Shown: piece by piece, positions 31,229-41,120 of the stretch
How positions within the stretch are numbered: the first letter of the stretch is position 1
Layout: the number at the start of each line of letters is the position of its first letter
Assembly: GCA_963846575.1 (NCBI GenBank)
Contig: CAWJWJ010000002.1
Location: 1,824,001-1,888,000 of the forward strand
Source: an uncultured Nitrospiraceae bacterium
GTDB taxonomy: Bacteria > Nitrospirota > Nitrospiria > Nitrospirales > Nitrospiraceae
Direction of reading: 5' to 3'
DNA length: 64,000 nucleotides
Made by a program: the position numbers and the translations under genes
The notes under the pieces: model-generated
Database searches by the model: none
What the model saw: the letters and a program-made list of their open reading frames with translations, nothing else
Told to the model about the DNA's origin: nothing

Positions 31229-31402
31229 CTAGTCGAGCGGGCTGGCCTCGAAGTGGATGAGGATGTCGTCTTCGATGGTGTAGCTGATCTCCAAAGGATT
31301 GCAGCAGACCTCGCAATCTTCGACGTAGGTCGAATGGACGGAGGGATCCAGGACCATGGAGATCAATTCGCCGCAGGAGGGGCAATTAAAGGAATGTTCC
31401 AC
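31229..31402 (-). CDS. CPXCG-motif cysteine-rich protein
   Basis: CPSCGE..LDPS..YVEDCEVCCNP. Confidence 0.85.
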   Translation of the reverse strand: MEHSFNCPSCGELISMVLDPSVHSTYVEDCEVCCNPLEISYTIEDDILIHFEASPLD

Positions 31403-31742
31403 GACCGATACCGTACCGCAATCCCCCTCACATAACAATGGCGGCCACCCGAGAGCGACCCGCCCGGGAACCCGGCCATCATTCAGGGAATCACTGACGT
31501 AGCTGGTGAAGGCAGGCAGGAATCTGAGTGGTGCCGGTCGCACCAGACCGGTATGGGTTCAGCATAACTTCGACAAGGTCGACGGTCAGCGTCGAGAAGA
31601 CACCCGGCACACTTTCCTCACGCTCACGATGCCGCCGCTCCGCACCATGGCTAGCCGAGTTAGCCTCCGGGCGGAGCGGGGCAAGCGTAACGGGAAACGC
31701 AGGCCTCTTCGGAATGATCCTGCTTCGCGACTGGTGGAGCCC

Positions 31743-32027
31743 TTAGCCCCAGCGCACCTGCAACGGGCTCTGTACCAGTGCCTGCGCAAGCTTCCGGGAA
31801 GCCGACTCCAATTCACGACAGCGCGCCACGAATCGTCCGGACGCCAGGCGGGGAAAGTAGTCCCGGTGGCGCTCATAAAACGACGCCCGCCGCCCCCAAC
31901 GCTCCGCATCTTCGCTCAACAGCCAGGCGGTCAGACCGTTGGGCCGGTCGGGTTCCGTGTCTTCCGTCCGCGTCCCGACGGATTCACTTTCGTCGATCAC
32001 CGATGTGGAATGATGCATGTCTCTCAT
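31743..32027 (-). CDS. Hypothetical protein
   Basis: AAGGAGG RBS before ATG 32027. Confidence 0.6.
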   Translation of the reverse strand: MRDMHHSTSVIDESESVGTRTEDTEPDRPNGLTAWLLSEDAERWGRRASFYERHRDYFPRLASGRFVARCRELESASRKLAQALVQSPLQVRWG

Positions 32028-32276
32028 GGTGTCCTCCTTGTTCTCTCCGCCGTGACCGGCACTCGAACGGGCCGGATCGGCCGGCGCATCATCAGCATCC
32101 TCTGCTGCGACAAGTCCCACTCTAGGACAATGAGATGAGGAAACGATTAGTACAACATGAGAAACACTTCATCTGATGAATCGGCAACACACCGCAGAGC
32201 CCCCGGCGGCAATGCGTCTGCGTCTGGCCGCCCGGTCAGGCCTCTGCCGAGACGCGGCCTCGTGGCCGACACCGGT

Positions 32277-32489
32277 TCACGTGACCGCATCGACAATCAC
32301 GGGCTCCTGCTGTCTTTCCGCATGACGTTCGAGCACCCGCACACCCCAGAGCGCGGAGAGCACCAGCACCGTCCAGAGCAGCAACAGGGCCAGCGCTTTA
32401 CGTTCCTCGGTTCGCAAGGCGGCCAGGTCGGTGCCGGACCAGGCCGATGGCTGCGCAAGATACCTTCGGATCCTGCGTCGATCGTTCAT
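32277..32489 (-). CDS. Small single-TM hypothetical protein
   Basis: AAGGAGG RBS; one hydrophobic helix. Confidence 0.6.
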   Translation of the reverse strand: MNDRRRIRRYLAQPSAWSGTDLAALRTEERKALALLLLWTVLVLSALWGVRVLERHAERQQEPVIVDAVT

Positions 32490-32563
32490 GGTTCCCTCCT
32501 TCCGTCAATCTCCCGTCATGTTGCACCCGCACATCAACGAGACGCAAGCATCAGTAGCCGGCG

Positions 32564-32588
32564 ATGTTTGATTGCAAGACCTGACCCC
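32564..32588 (+). repeat. RAYT-associated motif, copy 3 (24/25 match)
   Basis: ATGTTTGATTGCAAGACCTGACCCC. Confidence 0.92.
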
Positions 32589-32663
32589 TATGACGGACCC
32601 TGGTGGGCTCCTAGGGATATCATTAGTGGAAATGCCTGGCATGCCGGAAGTATCATCGGCCGT

Positions 32664-33926
32664 ATGCCCTCAGGAACGAAGACACAAGTCTCCGTAGGCA
32701 CTTATTTTGCCCGCGCTCGTGCCAATACGGATGCGCTGTTTCGCCTGCTCCGACCCGACGCGCTCTATGAGCGGCCCGTGCCGGAACGCCACCGGCTCAT
32801 TTTTTACCTGGGCCATCTGGAGACGTTTGACTGGAACCAGATCTGTCGCGGTGAATGCGCCGTGCCGTCCTTCCACCCGGACTTCGATCGCCTGTTTGCC
32901 TTCGGGATTGACCCTGAACCGGGCCAGGTCTTGACCGACAAGCCGTCCGACTGGCCGGCCGTAGAGGACGTGCGCCAGTACAACGAACGTGTGCGGCAGC
33001 TGGTGGACAGCAGGATCGACGAGGTGCCGGAGCAGATCCTCCGGATCGCCATCGAGCACCGGCTGATGCATGCCGAAACCCTCGCCTATCTGTTCCATGA
33101 TCTGCCGCCCTCCAGCAAAATTCTAGCGCCCGGCGACCGGCCGCGCACCGGTCCTTCTCCGGCACAGGTCATGATCGCAATCCCGGAAGGCAGAGCGACG
33201 CTGGGCCAGACTCGAAACAACGGATTGAACGGGTATGCGGAGGAACAGAACTCCTCCGCCTCGTTCGGTTGGGACAATGAATTCGATGCGCTGGACGTAC
33301 ACGTGCCCTCGTTCGCCATCAGCAAATACAAAGTGACGAACGGGCAATACCTGGAATTTGTGCGGGCCGGTGCAGAGCCTCCCCGCTTCTGGACGATGCA
33401 TGACGGCCGGTGGTTCTGGCGAACCATGTCAGGGGCATTACCGCTCCCGCTCAACTGGCCGGTCTATGTCACCTATCGCCAGGCTCAGGCCTATGCCCGA
33501 TGGGCGGGACAGTCCCTGCCGACCGAACCCCAGTTCCATCGCGCCGCCTATGGCACGCCCTCCGGTGAAGAGCGGGCCTACCCATGGGGCGACGGCCCCC
33601 CGGATCAGCGTGCGGGCAACTTTAACTTTCGCCGGTGGGACCCCATTCCTGTGACGGCGAATCCCATGGGCGACAGCGCCTTCGGAGTTTCTCAACTGGT
33701 GGGCAACGGGTGGGAATGGACCTCGACGCTGTTTCATCCGTTCCCCGGCTTCCAGCCCTTCCCGTCCTACGCGGGGTATTCGGCTCCCTTCTTCGACGGC
33801 GACCACTATGTCCTCAAAGGCGCATCCTCCCGGACCGCAGCCTGTTTCCTGCGGCGGTCATTTCGCAACTGGTTTCGATCGGACTTTCCCTATGTCTATG
33901 CCGGATTCCGATGTGTTGAGAACTGA
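32664..33926 (+). CDS. egtB: Ergothioneine sulfoxide synthase (DinB-like + FGE-sulfatase domains)
   Basis: RHRLIFYLGH, HRLMHAE (HxxxHxE iron motif), FGWDNE, GNGWEWT, FRNWF; adjacent to egtD. Confidence 0.85.
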   Translation: MPSGTKTQVSVGTYFARARANTDALFRLLRPDALYERPVPERHRLIFYLGHLETFDWNQICRGECAVPSFHPDFDRLFAFGIDPEPGQVLTDKPSDWPAVEDVRQYNERVRQLVDSRIDEVPEQILRIAIEHRLMHAETLAYLFHDLPPSSKILAPGDRPRTGPSPAQVMIAIPEGRATLGQTRNNGLNGYAEEQNSSASFGWDNEFDALDVHVPSFAISKYKVTNGQYLEFVRAGAEPPRFWTMHDGRWFWRTMSGALPLPLNWPVYVTYRQAQAYARWAGQSLPTEPQFHRAAYGTPSGEERAYPWGDGPPDQRAGNFNFRRWDPIPVTANPMGDSAFGVSQLVGNGWEWTSTLFHPFPGFQPFPSYAGYSAPFFDGDHYVLKGASSRTAACFLRRSFRNWFRSDFPYVYAGFRCVEN

Positions 33927-34932
33927 CCCGCTTTCTTCGCAGGCGCTGCAACCGCATGCATGGCTGGATTTCGCGCATGCCGTGCGCGAGGGTCTGAGCA
34001 AGCCGGGCCAGCGGGAACTCCCTTCCATCTATCTCTACGACGACCTGGGCACGGTGCTGTTCGAAGCCATCACCCTGTTGCCCGAATACGGCTTGACGCG
34101 TGCGGAGGACCGTCTCCTGAGACGGCACGCCTCGTCGATCATCGACCGCCTGCCGACGCCCCTGGTGGTGGCGGAACTGGGCAGCGGCAACGGACGGAAA
34201 ACGCGCCGGCTGCTGGAGAGCATGGCCCGACGCGAAGCCGTCCGCTATTTTCCGATCGACGTCTCGCCATCGGCCCTCGTGAAATGCAAACAGGAACTTT
34301 TCGGGTTGGGCTCCATCAGCATCGTGGGGTTGGAGAATTCCTATCTGGACGGACTCCGCGAGGTCGCGGTCCGCCGCCATCCGGAGGAAACCCTGCTGGT
34401 ATTGTTCCTGGGCAGCGCGGTCGGCAATTTCGAACGGGCCGCAGCCGAAGACTTCCTGCGGGAGATCCGGGAATGTTTACTCCCCGGTGACGCGCTCCTC
34501 ATCGGCACCGATCTCGAAAAATCCCTTGCGGACATGGTGCTGGCGTACGACGATCCGACCGGCGTCACCGCCGCCTTCAACTACAACCTGCTCGCCCGCA
34601 TCAACCGTGAACTCGGCGGGAACTTCGATCTGAGGCACTTCGCGCACGAAGCCCGGTATAACACCGTCGCCCGCCGGATCGAGATGCACCTGCGGTCGAC
34701 GCGGACCCAGACGGTGTCGATTCGAGCAGCGGACTTCGCCTGCAGGTTGGACGAAGGCGAAACGATCTGGACCGAAGCTTGTCACAAGTTCCGGGCCGAC
34801 GAGATTCCAGGCCTGGCGCGGCGAACGGGATTTGGCTGCGACGCGCAATGGATCGACGGTGAATGGGCCTTCGCCGAGAATCTCTGGACCGCCGTCGCCG
34901 ATGCGCCCATCACGTCCAGCCCGAGCCCATGA
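33913..34932 (+). CDS. egtD: L-histidine N-alpha-methyltransferase (start uncertain, 33892-33913)
   Basis: LPSIYLYD, LPEYGLTRAE, ELGSGNGRKT, AYDDPTGVTAAFN, RIEMHL. Confidence 0.92.
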   Translation: MLRTDPLSSQALQPHAWLDFAHAVREGLSKPGQRELPSIYLYDDLGTVLFEAITLLPEYGLTRAEDRLLRRHASSIIDRLPTPLVVAELGSGNGRKTRRLLESMARREAVRYFPIDVSPSALVKCKQELFGLGSISIVGLENSYLDGLREVAVRRHPEETLLVLFLGSAVGNFERAAAEDFLREIRECLLPGDALLIGTDLEKSLADMVLAYDDPTGVTAAFNYNLLARINRELGGNFDLRHFAHEARYNTVARRIEMHLRSTRTQTVSIRAADFACRLDEGETIWTEACHKFRADEIPGLARRTGFGCDAQWIDGEWAFAENLWTAVADAPITSSPSP

Positions 34933-35672
34933 GCCGCCTGATCTCCTTTCAGAACGTCTCTCTCCGTTTCGACAACAAAGACATCCTTCACAATCTGAAC
35001 TTCGACGTGGAAGCCGGAGAAACGCTGGTGCTCCTGGGGCGGAGCGGGTCCGGAAAAACCACCGCCTTGAAAATGGTCAATGCCCTGCTCCGACCGACGG
35101 CCGGTGAGGTCTTCGTGGAGGGCAAGCGGACGACGGACTGGGACCTGATCAGGCTCAGGCGCCGGATCGGCTACGTGATCCAGGATGCCGGCCTGTTCCC
35201 GCATTTCACCATAGCGGCCAATGTCGGACTGGTGCCCCGCCTGGAAGGGTGGAAACCGGGCGTGATAGAAGAACGTGTGCAGGGTCTGCTCCAACAAGTC
35301 GGCCTTCCCCCGGATCAGTTCGCCACCCGTTATCCCCGGCAGCTGTCCGGCGGGCAACGTCAGCGGGTCGGCGTCGCACGGGCCTTGGCTGCCGATCCCC
35401 CCATCATGCTGCTGGACGAACCGTTCGGCGCGCTCGATCCGGTGACCCGCGTCGACATGCAGCGCCAGTTCCTCGAATTGCGCCAGGGTCTCGCCAAGAC
35501 GACCCTGTTCGTCACCCACGATGTCCGGGAAGCCCTGTTGCTCGGCACCAGGGTCGGTCTGCTCCACAACGGCCGGTTGGTGTTTCTCGGGACTCCTGCG
35601 GAGTTCCTCGAGGCGCAGGGTGAAGAAGTCCAGGCGTTCCTCACCTGTCTCGAGCCGGCGAGGAAGTCCTGA
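34929..35672 (+). CDS. Quaternary-amine ABC transporter ATP-binding subunit (OpuCA/EgtV-like)
   Basis: GRSGSGKT, LSGGQRQR, LLDEPFGALD; ATGA overlap with egtD. Confidence 0.92.
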   Translation: MSRLISFQNVSLRFDNKDILHNLNFDVEAGETLVLLGRSGSGKTTALKMVNALLRPTAGEVFVEGKRTTDWDLIRLRRRIGYVIQDAGLFPHFTIAANVGLVPRLEGWKPGVIEERVQGLLQQVGLPPDQFATRYPRQLSGGQRQRVGVARALAADPPIMLLDEPFGALDPVTRVDMQRQFLELRQGLAKTTLFVTHDVREALLLGTRVGLLHNGRLVFLGTPAEFLEAQGEEVQAFLTCLEPARKS

Positions 35673-36289
35673 TGACGTCCGGATTGGCGAGTGAAATTTT
35701 TGAACTGAGCATCGAACACCTGTACCTGGTCCTGGTCTCCATCGCCATTGCCGCGGCAATCGCCATCCCCGTCGGCGTGCTGCTCACGCGGCATCAGCCG
35801 TTGCAGGGATGGGTCCTGGGATTTGCGAATGTCATGCAGACCGTGCCGAGCCTGGCGCTCTTCGGATTTCTGATCCCCATTCCGTTCATCGGCGGGATCG
35901 GAAAACACACGGCCATGATCGCCCTCGTGCTCTACGCGCTCCTGCCGATTCTGCGAAATACCCTCACGGGCATTCTGGGGATCGATCGAGGCGTACGCGA
36001 GTCGGCGGTCGCCATGGGCATGACCGAACGGCAGCTGCTGTTGGAGGTGGAACTTCCACTGGCCACCCGCACGATTCTGGCCGGCCTGCGGATCGCCACC
36101 GTGACGACCATCGGCACTGCCACCATCGCCGCCGCGATCGGCGCGGGCGGGCTCGGCGTCTTTATATTCCGGGGCCTGGCTTCCATTGACCCCACGCTGC
36201 TGTTGGCCGGTGCGGTCCCCGCCGCACTGATCGCCTTGCTAGCCGATCGAGGACTTGAATGGCTCGAAAATACATTATCACCGGTCTGA
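35672..36289 (+). CDS. Quaternary-amine ABC transporter permease
   Basis: QTVPSLAL, YALLPILRNT, ESAVAMGM. Confidence 0.92.
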   Translation: MTSGLASEIFELSIEHLYLVLVSIAIAAAIAIPVGVLLTRHQPLQGWVLGFANVMQTVPSLALFGFLIPIPFIGGIGKHTAMIALVLYALLPILRNTLTGILGIDRGVRESAVAMGMTERQLLLEVELPLATRTILAGLRIATVTTIGTATIAAAIGAGGLGVFIFRGLASIDPTLLLAGAVPAALIALLADRGLEWLENTLSPV

Positions 36290-37146
36290 TCATCGGACTC
36301 TGGATCACCTGGGCGGCAGGGTGCGACAGGGAACGCCCGATCGTGGTGGGATCCAAGAACTTTACCGAGCAGGTCATCCTGGGCGAGATCGTCGCTCAAC
36401 ATCTCGAACACCGGCTGACCCGCAAGGTGGATCGGAAGTTGAACCTGGGCGGGACGCTGTTGGTCCACCAGGCGCTCTTGAACGGAGACGTGGACCTCTA
36501 CCCCGAATACACCGGCACCGCGCTGTTGACCATATTGAAAGTGCCGTCCTCCGCCGATCCCCAAGCGGGAATGGCGGTGGTGCGCTCGGAATATCAGGTG
36601 CGTTTCAAAGTCGAGTGGATGGAACCGCTGGGCTTCAACAACGCCTTTGCCATGGTGATCCGCGGAGACGATGCCCGTTCCAAAAAGATCGATACGCTGA
36701 GCGACGCGGCGCGTGCGGCCACGCCCTGGGCCCTGGGCGTGGGGTACGAATTCCAGCAGCGGGCCGACGGGCTGGCCGGCCTCTTGAAGACCTATAACCT
36801 GCCTGTCGAGGGTTCCTCCAAAACGATGGATCTCGGGTTGCTCTATCGGGCGCTCGAACAGAAGCAGGTCACAATGATCGCCGCGAGCGCCACCGACGGC
36901 CCGCTGTCGGTCCTCGATGTGACGGTGCTCAAGGATGACAAGAAATACTTCCCCCCCTACCAGGCCGCACTCGCCGTGCGCGCGCAGACGCTGAAACGGG
37001 AACCTCGATTGCGGCAGGCGCTGAACGAACTCAGCGGAAAATTCTCCGATCAGATGATGCGCAAGCTGAACCAGCAGGTGGACGGCGAACATCGCGCCAT
37101 CCGCGACGTGGCCGAGCAGTTTTTACGGGATAACAAGCTGAATTAA
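36259..37146 (+). CDS. Quaternary-amine ABC transporter substrate-binding protein (OsmF/EgtU-like)
   Basis: GSKNFTEQ, YPEYTGT, DDKKYFPPY. Confidence 0.92.
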   Translation: MARKYIITGLIIGLWITWAAGCDRERPIVVGSKNFTEQVILGEIVAQHLEHRLTRKVDRKLNLGGTLLVHQALLNGDVDLYPEYTGTALLTILKVPSSADPQAGMAVVRSEYQVRFKVEWMEPLGFNNAFAMVIRGDDARSKKIDTLSDAARAATPWALGVGYEFQQRADGLAGLLKTYNLPVEGSSKTMDLGLLYRALEQKQVTMIAASATDGPLSVLDVTVLKDDKKYFPPYQAALAVRAQTLKREPRLRQALNELSGKFSDQMMRKLNQQVDGEHRAIRDVAEQFLRDNKLN

Positions 37147-37189
37147 GCTCGCACCGTTGACGGGTCCGATGGCCGCGCCCGGGTCCCGG

Positions 37190-37300
37190 CTATTCGTCAT
37201 ACTGCTTCGCATTGCCACGGGACTTCTCGACCGGATACTTGGTCTCGTTCTTCTTCAGCTTCGCGCGCACGGCATGGTTCACATCCGGGCCCAGATCGTG
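37190..37300 (-). pseudogene. 3' remnant of a MazG-like pyrophosphohydrolase, paralogous to 40397-40741
   Basis: HDLGPDVNHAVRAKLKKNETKYPVEKSRGNAKQYDE vs HDLGLDVNDAVRAKLKKNEAKYPVEKCRGNAKKYDE. Confidence 0.85.
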
Positions 37301-37464
37301 CAATCCATCCGGCTGACTCCTTCTCTTTGGGATCGTGAAACCGGCGCGGATAAATGCAAGTTGAAGTGGTTCATGGGCAAGAGAGGATGGAAACATTCCG
37401 GGATTGAGGACGTAGCGAAGGTCGGCAGGTTCGTGGGGAGTTTTGACTCGGCGCTCCAGATGCC

Positions 37465-37676
37465 TTATGCGCCGGTCATGAGTTCGGCTTCGAGGGGGTG
37501 GTCTTTCTTGAATCGGCTGACGTTCAGGACGCTAAGCCCAAGACATGCCCCTGTCCGTCCACGCGTTCCATGACCGCCTCGTAAGCCGTGGGCCGCATGA
37601 ACCCGGGCGCATCGCTGAACTGCACTTCCAGAAACGCTCCTTCGGGATCAAACCAGACTTTTACTTTGTCGGCCAT
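37465..37676 (-). pseudogene. DUF2283-like antitoxin, one frameshift
   Basis: MADKVKVWFDPEGAFLEVQFSD...MERVDGQGHVLG/SVLNVSRF...; one base missing near 37535. Confidence 0.7.
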
Positions 37677-37806
37677 ATCGTGTCTCCTGCCTTGAGTTGG
37701 TCAGTCAAATAGGCCGTCACCACAAACCCGTCATGTGGAGGATACTTGACCACGACGCACAGCCATCCCACCAACCAGCGTCTGGGCATAGAACTCATAA
37801 AAGATT
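37661..37806 (-). pseudogene. 3' half of a toxin-like partner gene of the DUF2283 protein, truncated next to motif copy 4
   Basis: IFYEFYAQTLVGG/WLCVVVKY..DGFVVTAYLTD..KAGDTIWPTK; overlaps the antitoxin start; no 5' half. Confidence 0.65.
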
Positions 37807-37813
37807 TCGGATG

Positions 37814-37838
37814 ATGTGAGATTGCAAGACCTGACCCC
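37814..37838 (+). repeat. RAYT-associated motif, copy 4 (24/25 match)
   Basis: ATGTGAGATTGCAAGACCTGACCCC. Confidence 0.92.
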
Positions 37839-37895
37839 CACCACCACGCAAGGGCGAGGGCCGGCGGGACGACGACTGCCACCCGCAGAGCACAC

Positions 37896-39725
37896 TCAGT
37901 GCGTCCGGCCAGCCTTCCTCAGCAGACGCGCCAGGTTCACGCCGCTCGAAATCACCCCGATGTGGCTGAAGGCCTGGGGATAGTTGCCCAGAAACGCCCC
38001 CGTGGAAGGATCGATCTCCTCCGGCAACAGCCCAAGGTGGCCGGCTCTTGCGCAGAGGGAGTCATACAACTCCGTGGCCTCAGCCAACCGGCCCTGCTTG
38101 GCCAGATTATCCACCAGCCAGAAACTGCACAGAAGAAACGCACCCTCATGACCGGCGATTCCGTCAGGCGATTCTTCCGGCAGATAACGGTACAGCAACC
38201 CCTGCCCGGCTCCCAGTCGCTCGGACACCGCGCGGGTCGTGGCCACCATCTTAGGATGGTCCGCGGCCACCACCCGTCGAAGCGGCAGCGTCAGAAGACT
38301 CGCATCCAGGCCCCCGCCTCCCAGATGTTCCGTCAGCGACTGGATTTTCGAATCCCAGGCCTCGACGAGGATCGCCTCCTGGATCTCCCGTGCTGTCCGT
38401 TTCCAGGTCTCCACTGGTCCTGGCAAATTGAAGCGGTCGGCCATCCGGGCCGCACGGTCCACCGCCACCTGGCACATGGCAGCCGAATAGGTAAATGGCC
38501 GTCCACTGGTGCGAACCTCCCAGATGCCCTGGTCCGGCTTGCGCCAGGCCTCCCCGGCGGCGTCGATCAGCTTCACGAGTCGATCCCACCGCTCGATGGA
38601 CGTCCCGCCGTGATGGGCCGCCCATTGATAGGCACAGTCGAGAATTTCGCCGTACACATCGTGCTGTTGCTGCGCCGCCGCCGCATTACCCCAGCGCACG
38701 GGCCTGGACCGACGGTAGCCTTCCAGTTCGCGGTCAAGCCGCTCCATCGAGGGCATTCCCCGGTCGAGGTCATACATGACGCTGGGTTTGCCGTCGCGCT
38801 CCACGGCATCCAGCACCCAGGCGAGAAAACCCGCGGCCTCGTGCGAGAGGCCGATGCGATGGAGCGCATAGACCGAAAACGCCGCATCCCGCACCCACGC
38901 ATACCGATAATCCCAATTGCGCTCCCCCCCGATGAGTTCCGGCAGCGATGACGTCGGCGCCGCGACGATCGCGCCGTTTTCGAAGTGATCCAGGAGTTTG
39001 ATGGTGATGGCGGAGCGGCGAACCAGGGCCTCCTGGGGCCCATCGTACGTCAGACATTCCAGCCATCGCTCCCAGACCGCCACCGTATCCCTGCGGAGCG
39101 CCGCCCCGTCGAAACGGTCCACATGCGCGGACCCTTGACGCCAACAGAGGAGCAGCGAGCACGATTGCCCGGCCGTGATCGTCACCAAGGTGCGCAGCCC
39201 GGTCAGCGGGATGGTGGAGGAGAGGTGCAGGTTCAGACCGGGCTGGGCATGACAGCGGATGCGGATTCCTCCGTCACGCGGCTCCGCCTCAGCTCCTCCA
39301 CGGGGTTCGATATGGATCGTCAGGTCGACACGCCCTTCGACGACCGTGACAGTCCGAAGCAGTTCACGACGCGTCGCCGGAACATCCTGAGAGAGGTCGG
39401 CCCCGGCCACCAACGGACAGAAATCCGTGACGCGCACCAGACCGGTCGAAGTCCGCATCTCGGTCACCAACAGGGCCGTATCCGGCTCATAGAATTGGCG
39501 GGACTCCCGCACCCTGTCAGGCGCAATGGTGAAATGGCCCCCGCGCGTGGCATCGAGCAGACTGCAGAACAAGGGGGGAGAATCGAAACGGGGCAGACAG
39601 AGCCATACCAGACGTCCGTCACGCCCGATGAGCGCCGCGGTCGCGCCGTCGCCCACGAGGCCATGATCTTCAATCGGCAAATAGCCGTCGATCCGGTGAA
39701 AGTCCTTCCACCCCGGTTCCGTCAT
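37896..39725 (-). CDS. Glycoside hydrolase family 15 (glucoamylase/trehalase-like)
   Basis: AAPTSSLPE..GGERNWDYRYAWVRD, PDQGIWEVR, GNYPQAFSH. Confidence 0.93.
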   Translation of the reverse strand: MTEPGWKDFHRIDGYLPIEDHGLVGDGATAALIGRDGRLVWLCLPRFDSPPLFCSLLDATRGGHFTIAPDRVRESRQFYEPDTALLVTEMRTSTGLVRVTDFCPLVAGADLSQDVPATRRELLRTVTVVEGRVDLTIHIEPRGGAEAEPRDGGIRIRCHAQPGLNLHLSSTIPLTGLRTLVTITAGQSCSLLLCWRQGSAHVDRFDGAALRRDTVAVWERWLECLTYDGPQEALVRRSAITIKLLDHFENGAIVAAPTSSLPELIGGERNWDYRYAWVRDAAFSVYALHRIGLSHEAAGFLAWVLDAVERDGKPSVMYDLDRGMPSMERLDRELEGYRRSRPVRWGNAAAAQQQHDVYGEILDCAYQWAAHHGGTSIERWDRLVKLIDAAGEAWRKPDQGIWEVRTSGRPFTYSAAMCQVAVDRAARMADRFNLPGPVETWKRTAREIQEAILVEAWDSKIQSLTEHLGGGGLDASLLTLPLRRVVAADHPKMVATTRAVSERLGAGQGLLYRYLPEESPDGIAGHEGAFLLCSFWLVDNLAKQGRLAEATELYDSLCARAGHLGLLPEEIDPSTGAFLGNYPQAFSHIGVISSGVNLARLLRKAGRTH

Positions 39726-40041
39726 ACCGCCTCCCTTAAGAGATCGATGTCGATAGTCCGGCCGGCCCGGGCCAGAGGCACACAACAGAACACGCCTCTC
39801 GCCATCCTGCGCGCAGGGACGCCCTCCCGGCCCCCCTTCCAACAGCCGTTCACAAGATCACCCCACCGGGACATCCAACAGAGACATCTCACATCCCAGA
39901 TCCGGACGCAGGCCGCAGCGAACCTGATCTTTCCCTGTTGACCGGGAGTCATCCCCTCGCCCTCGCCCCGCACGGGCCGACCCGAGAAACGGGACCTCCT
40001 GTGTCTCTATACGACCGGGCCGCCCATTTCGTCTCAACGGT

Positions 40042-40137
40042 TCAACGGACCTTCTTCCGCCTGCCCTTCAGCAGCACGATGACACCCACGATGCCGATGA
40101 TCAGGGCGAGCCCGCCGATGATGGCCAAGGGTTCCAT
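40042..40137 (-). CDS. Small membrane peptide (31 aa)
   Basis: MEPLAIIGGLALIIGIVGVIVLLKGRRKKVR; single TM with basic tail; purine-rich RBS. Confidence 0.5.
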   Translation of the reverse strand: MEPLAIIGGLALIIGIVGVIVLLKGRRKKVR

Positions 40138-40396
40138 AATCCTTCGTTGTCTCCTGTCCGGCTCTGGTGAGAGGCGATCGCCGCCGTCATCCGGTAACGT
40201 GCGCAAGGGCTCGATGGTGCCTGCTTGCTTGCTCGTCATTACAGACCATGCCGGATCAACCTGGTCGAATGCAAACGCCTCCTGATTGAGAAACCGCGGA
40301 GTTCGCAGCCCGACGCCCTGGAGATAACCAGGCAGCCGATGGCCCGTTCAATTCCAGGAAAGCCCGCCCCGCGATGGCCGCTTCGCATGGATCTGT

Positions 40397-40741
40397 TCAT
40401 TCGTCATACTTTTTGGCATTCCCGCGGCACTTCTCGACCGGATACTTGGCCTCGTTCTTCTTCAGCTTCGCGCGCACGGCGTCGTTCACGTCCAGGCCCA
40501 GGTCGTGGCAGAGGTAGGAGAGGAGGATCACGACATCGGCGATTTCATCCTCCACCCGCTCCCGTGCCGGGCCGTTCAGGAGACTCGCCACCTCGTCGTG
40601 TGTTTTCCATTGGAAGATCTCCAGCAGTTCGCTCGCCTCGACCGTAACGGCGGCGGCCAGCTCCTTGGGCTTGTGAAACTGCTCCCAGTCACGCTTCCGC
40701 CGGAATTCCAATACCGCAGCCATTACGTCGTCGTTCAACAT
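40397..40741 (-). CDS. MazG-like nucleotide pyrophosphohydrolase (DCTPP1/RS21-C6-like)
   Basis: RDWEQFHKPKELA, EASELLEIFQW, EDEIADV, KNEAKYP. Confidence 0.9.
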   Translation of the reverse strand: MLNDDVMAAVLEFRRKRDWEQFHKPKELAAAVTVEASELLEIFQWKTHDEVASLLNGPARERVEDEIADVVILLSYLCHDLGLDVNDAVRAKLKKNEAKYPVEKCRGNAKKYDE

Positions 40742-41120
40742 CTCGGTTCTCTCCTGATGATTCTCCTGATATGGGGGCGGGACCGGTGGTCGCTGCATCG
40801 CATCAGGTACGGGGTCCCCCGCCACCCTAGGATCGTGAATCGGCTCCGGGGAATGCAAGCCGAATCGCCCAGGCCATGACCCACGCCCGACCCGACCCCC
40901 AGTTGAAACAGCCGGCATGTCTGTGGCCATCACCGTACCGGCGATGTGAACGAGCAAAAGCGGTCGATCCGCTCCGCCCTGCTGCCGCGCAGGGCAGATC
41001 CAGGCCCGATAGGGCTGCGGGAGCGATGATTGAATTAGCTTGCGGAGTGGCGTAGAGGTTGATGCAGCCACGACTCTTCACCCGTCTCTTGTCCCGGCGG
41101 GGCTTGCGGGAGGTCCGCTC

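Noticed and set aside
32521..32571. Possible decayed RAYT 3' end before motif copy 3 (LHPHINETQASVAGDV*)
   Set aside because: Similarity to VHPATISRRLKQAEEEHV* needs gaps and is too weak to assert.
32157..32663. Long N-terminal extension of EgtB in the ORF track
   Set aside because: It overlaps a minus-strand gene and motif copy 3; homology begins near ATG 32664.
33911..33929. ATGTGTTGAGAACTGACCC resembling the RAYT motif
   Set aside because: It lacks the GATTGCAAGACC core and lies in the egtB/egtD coding overlap; probably chance.
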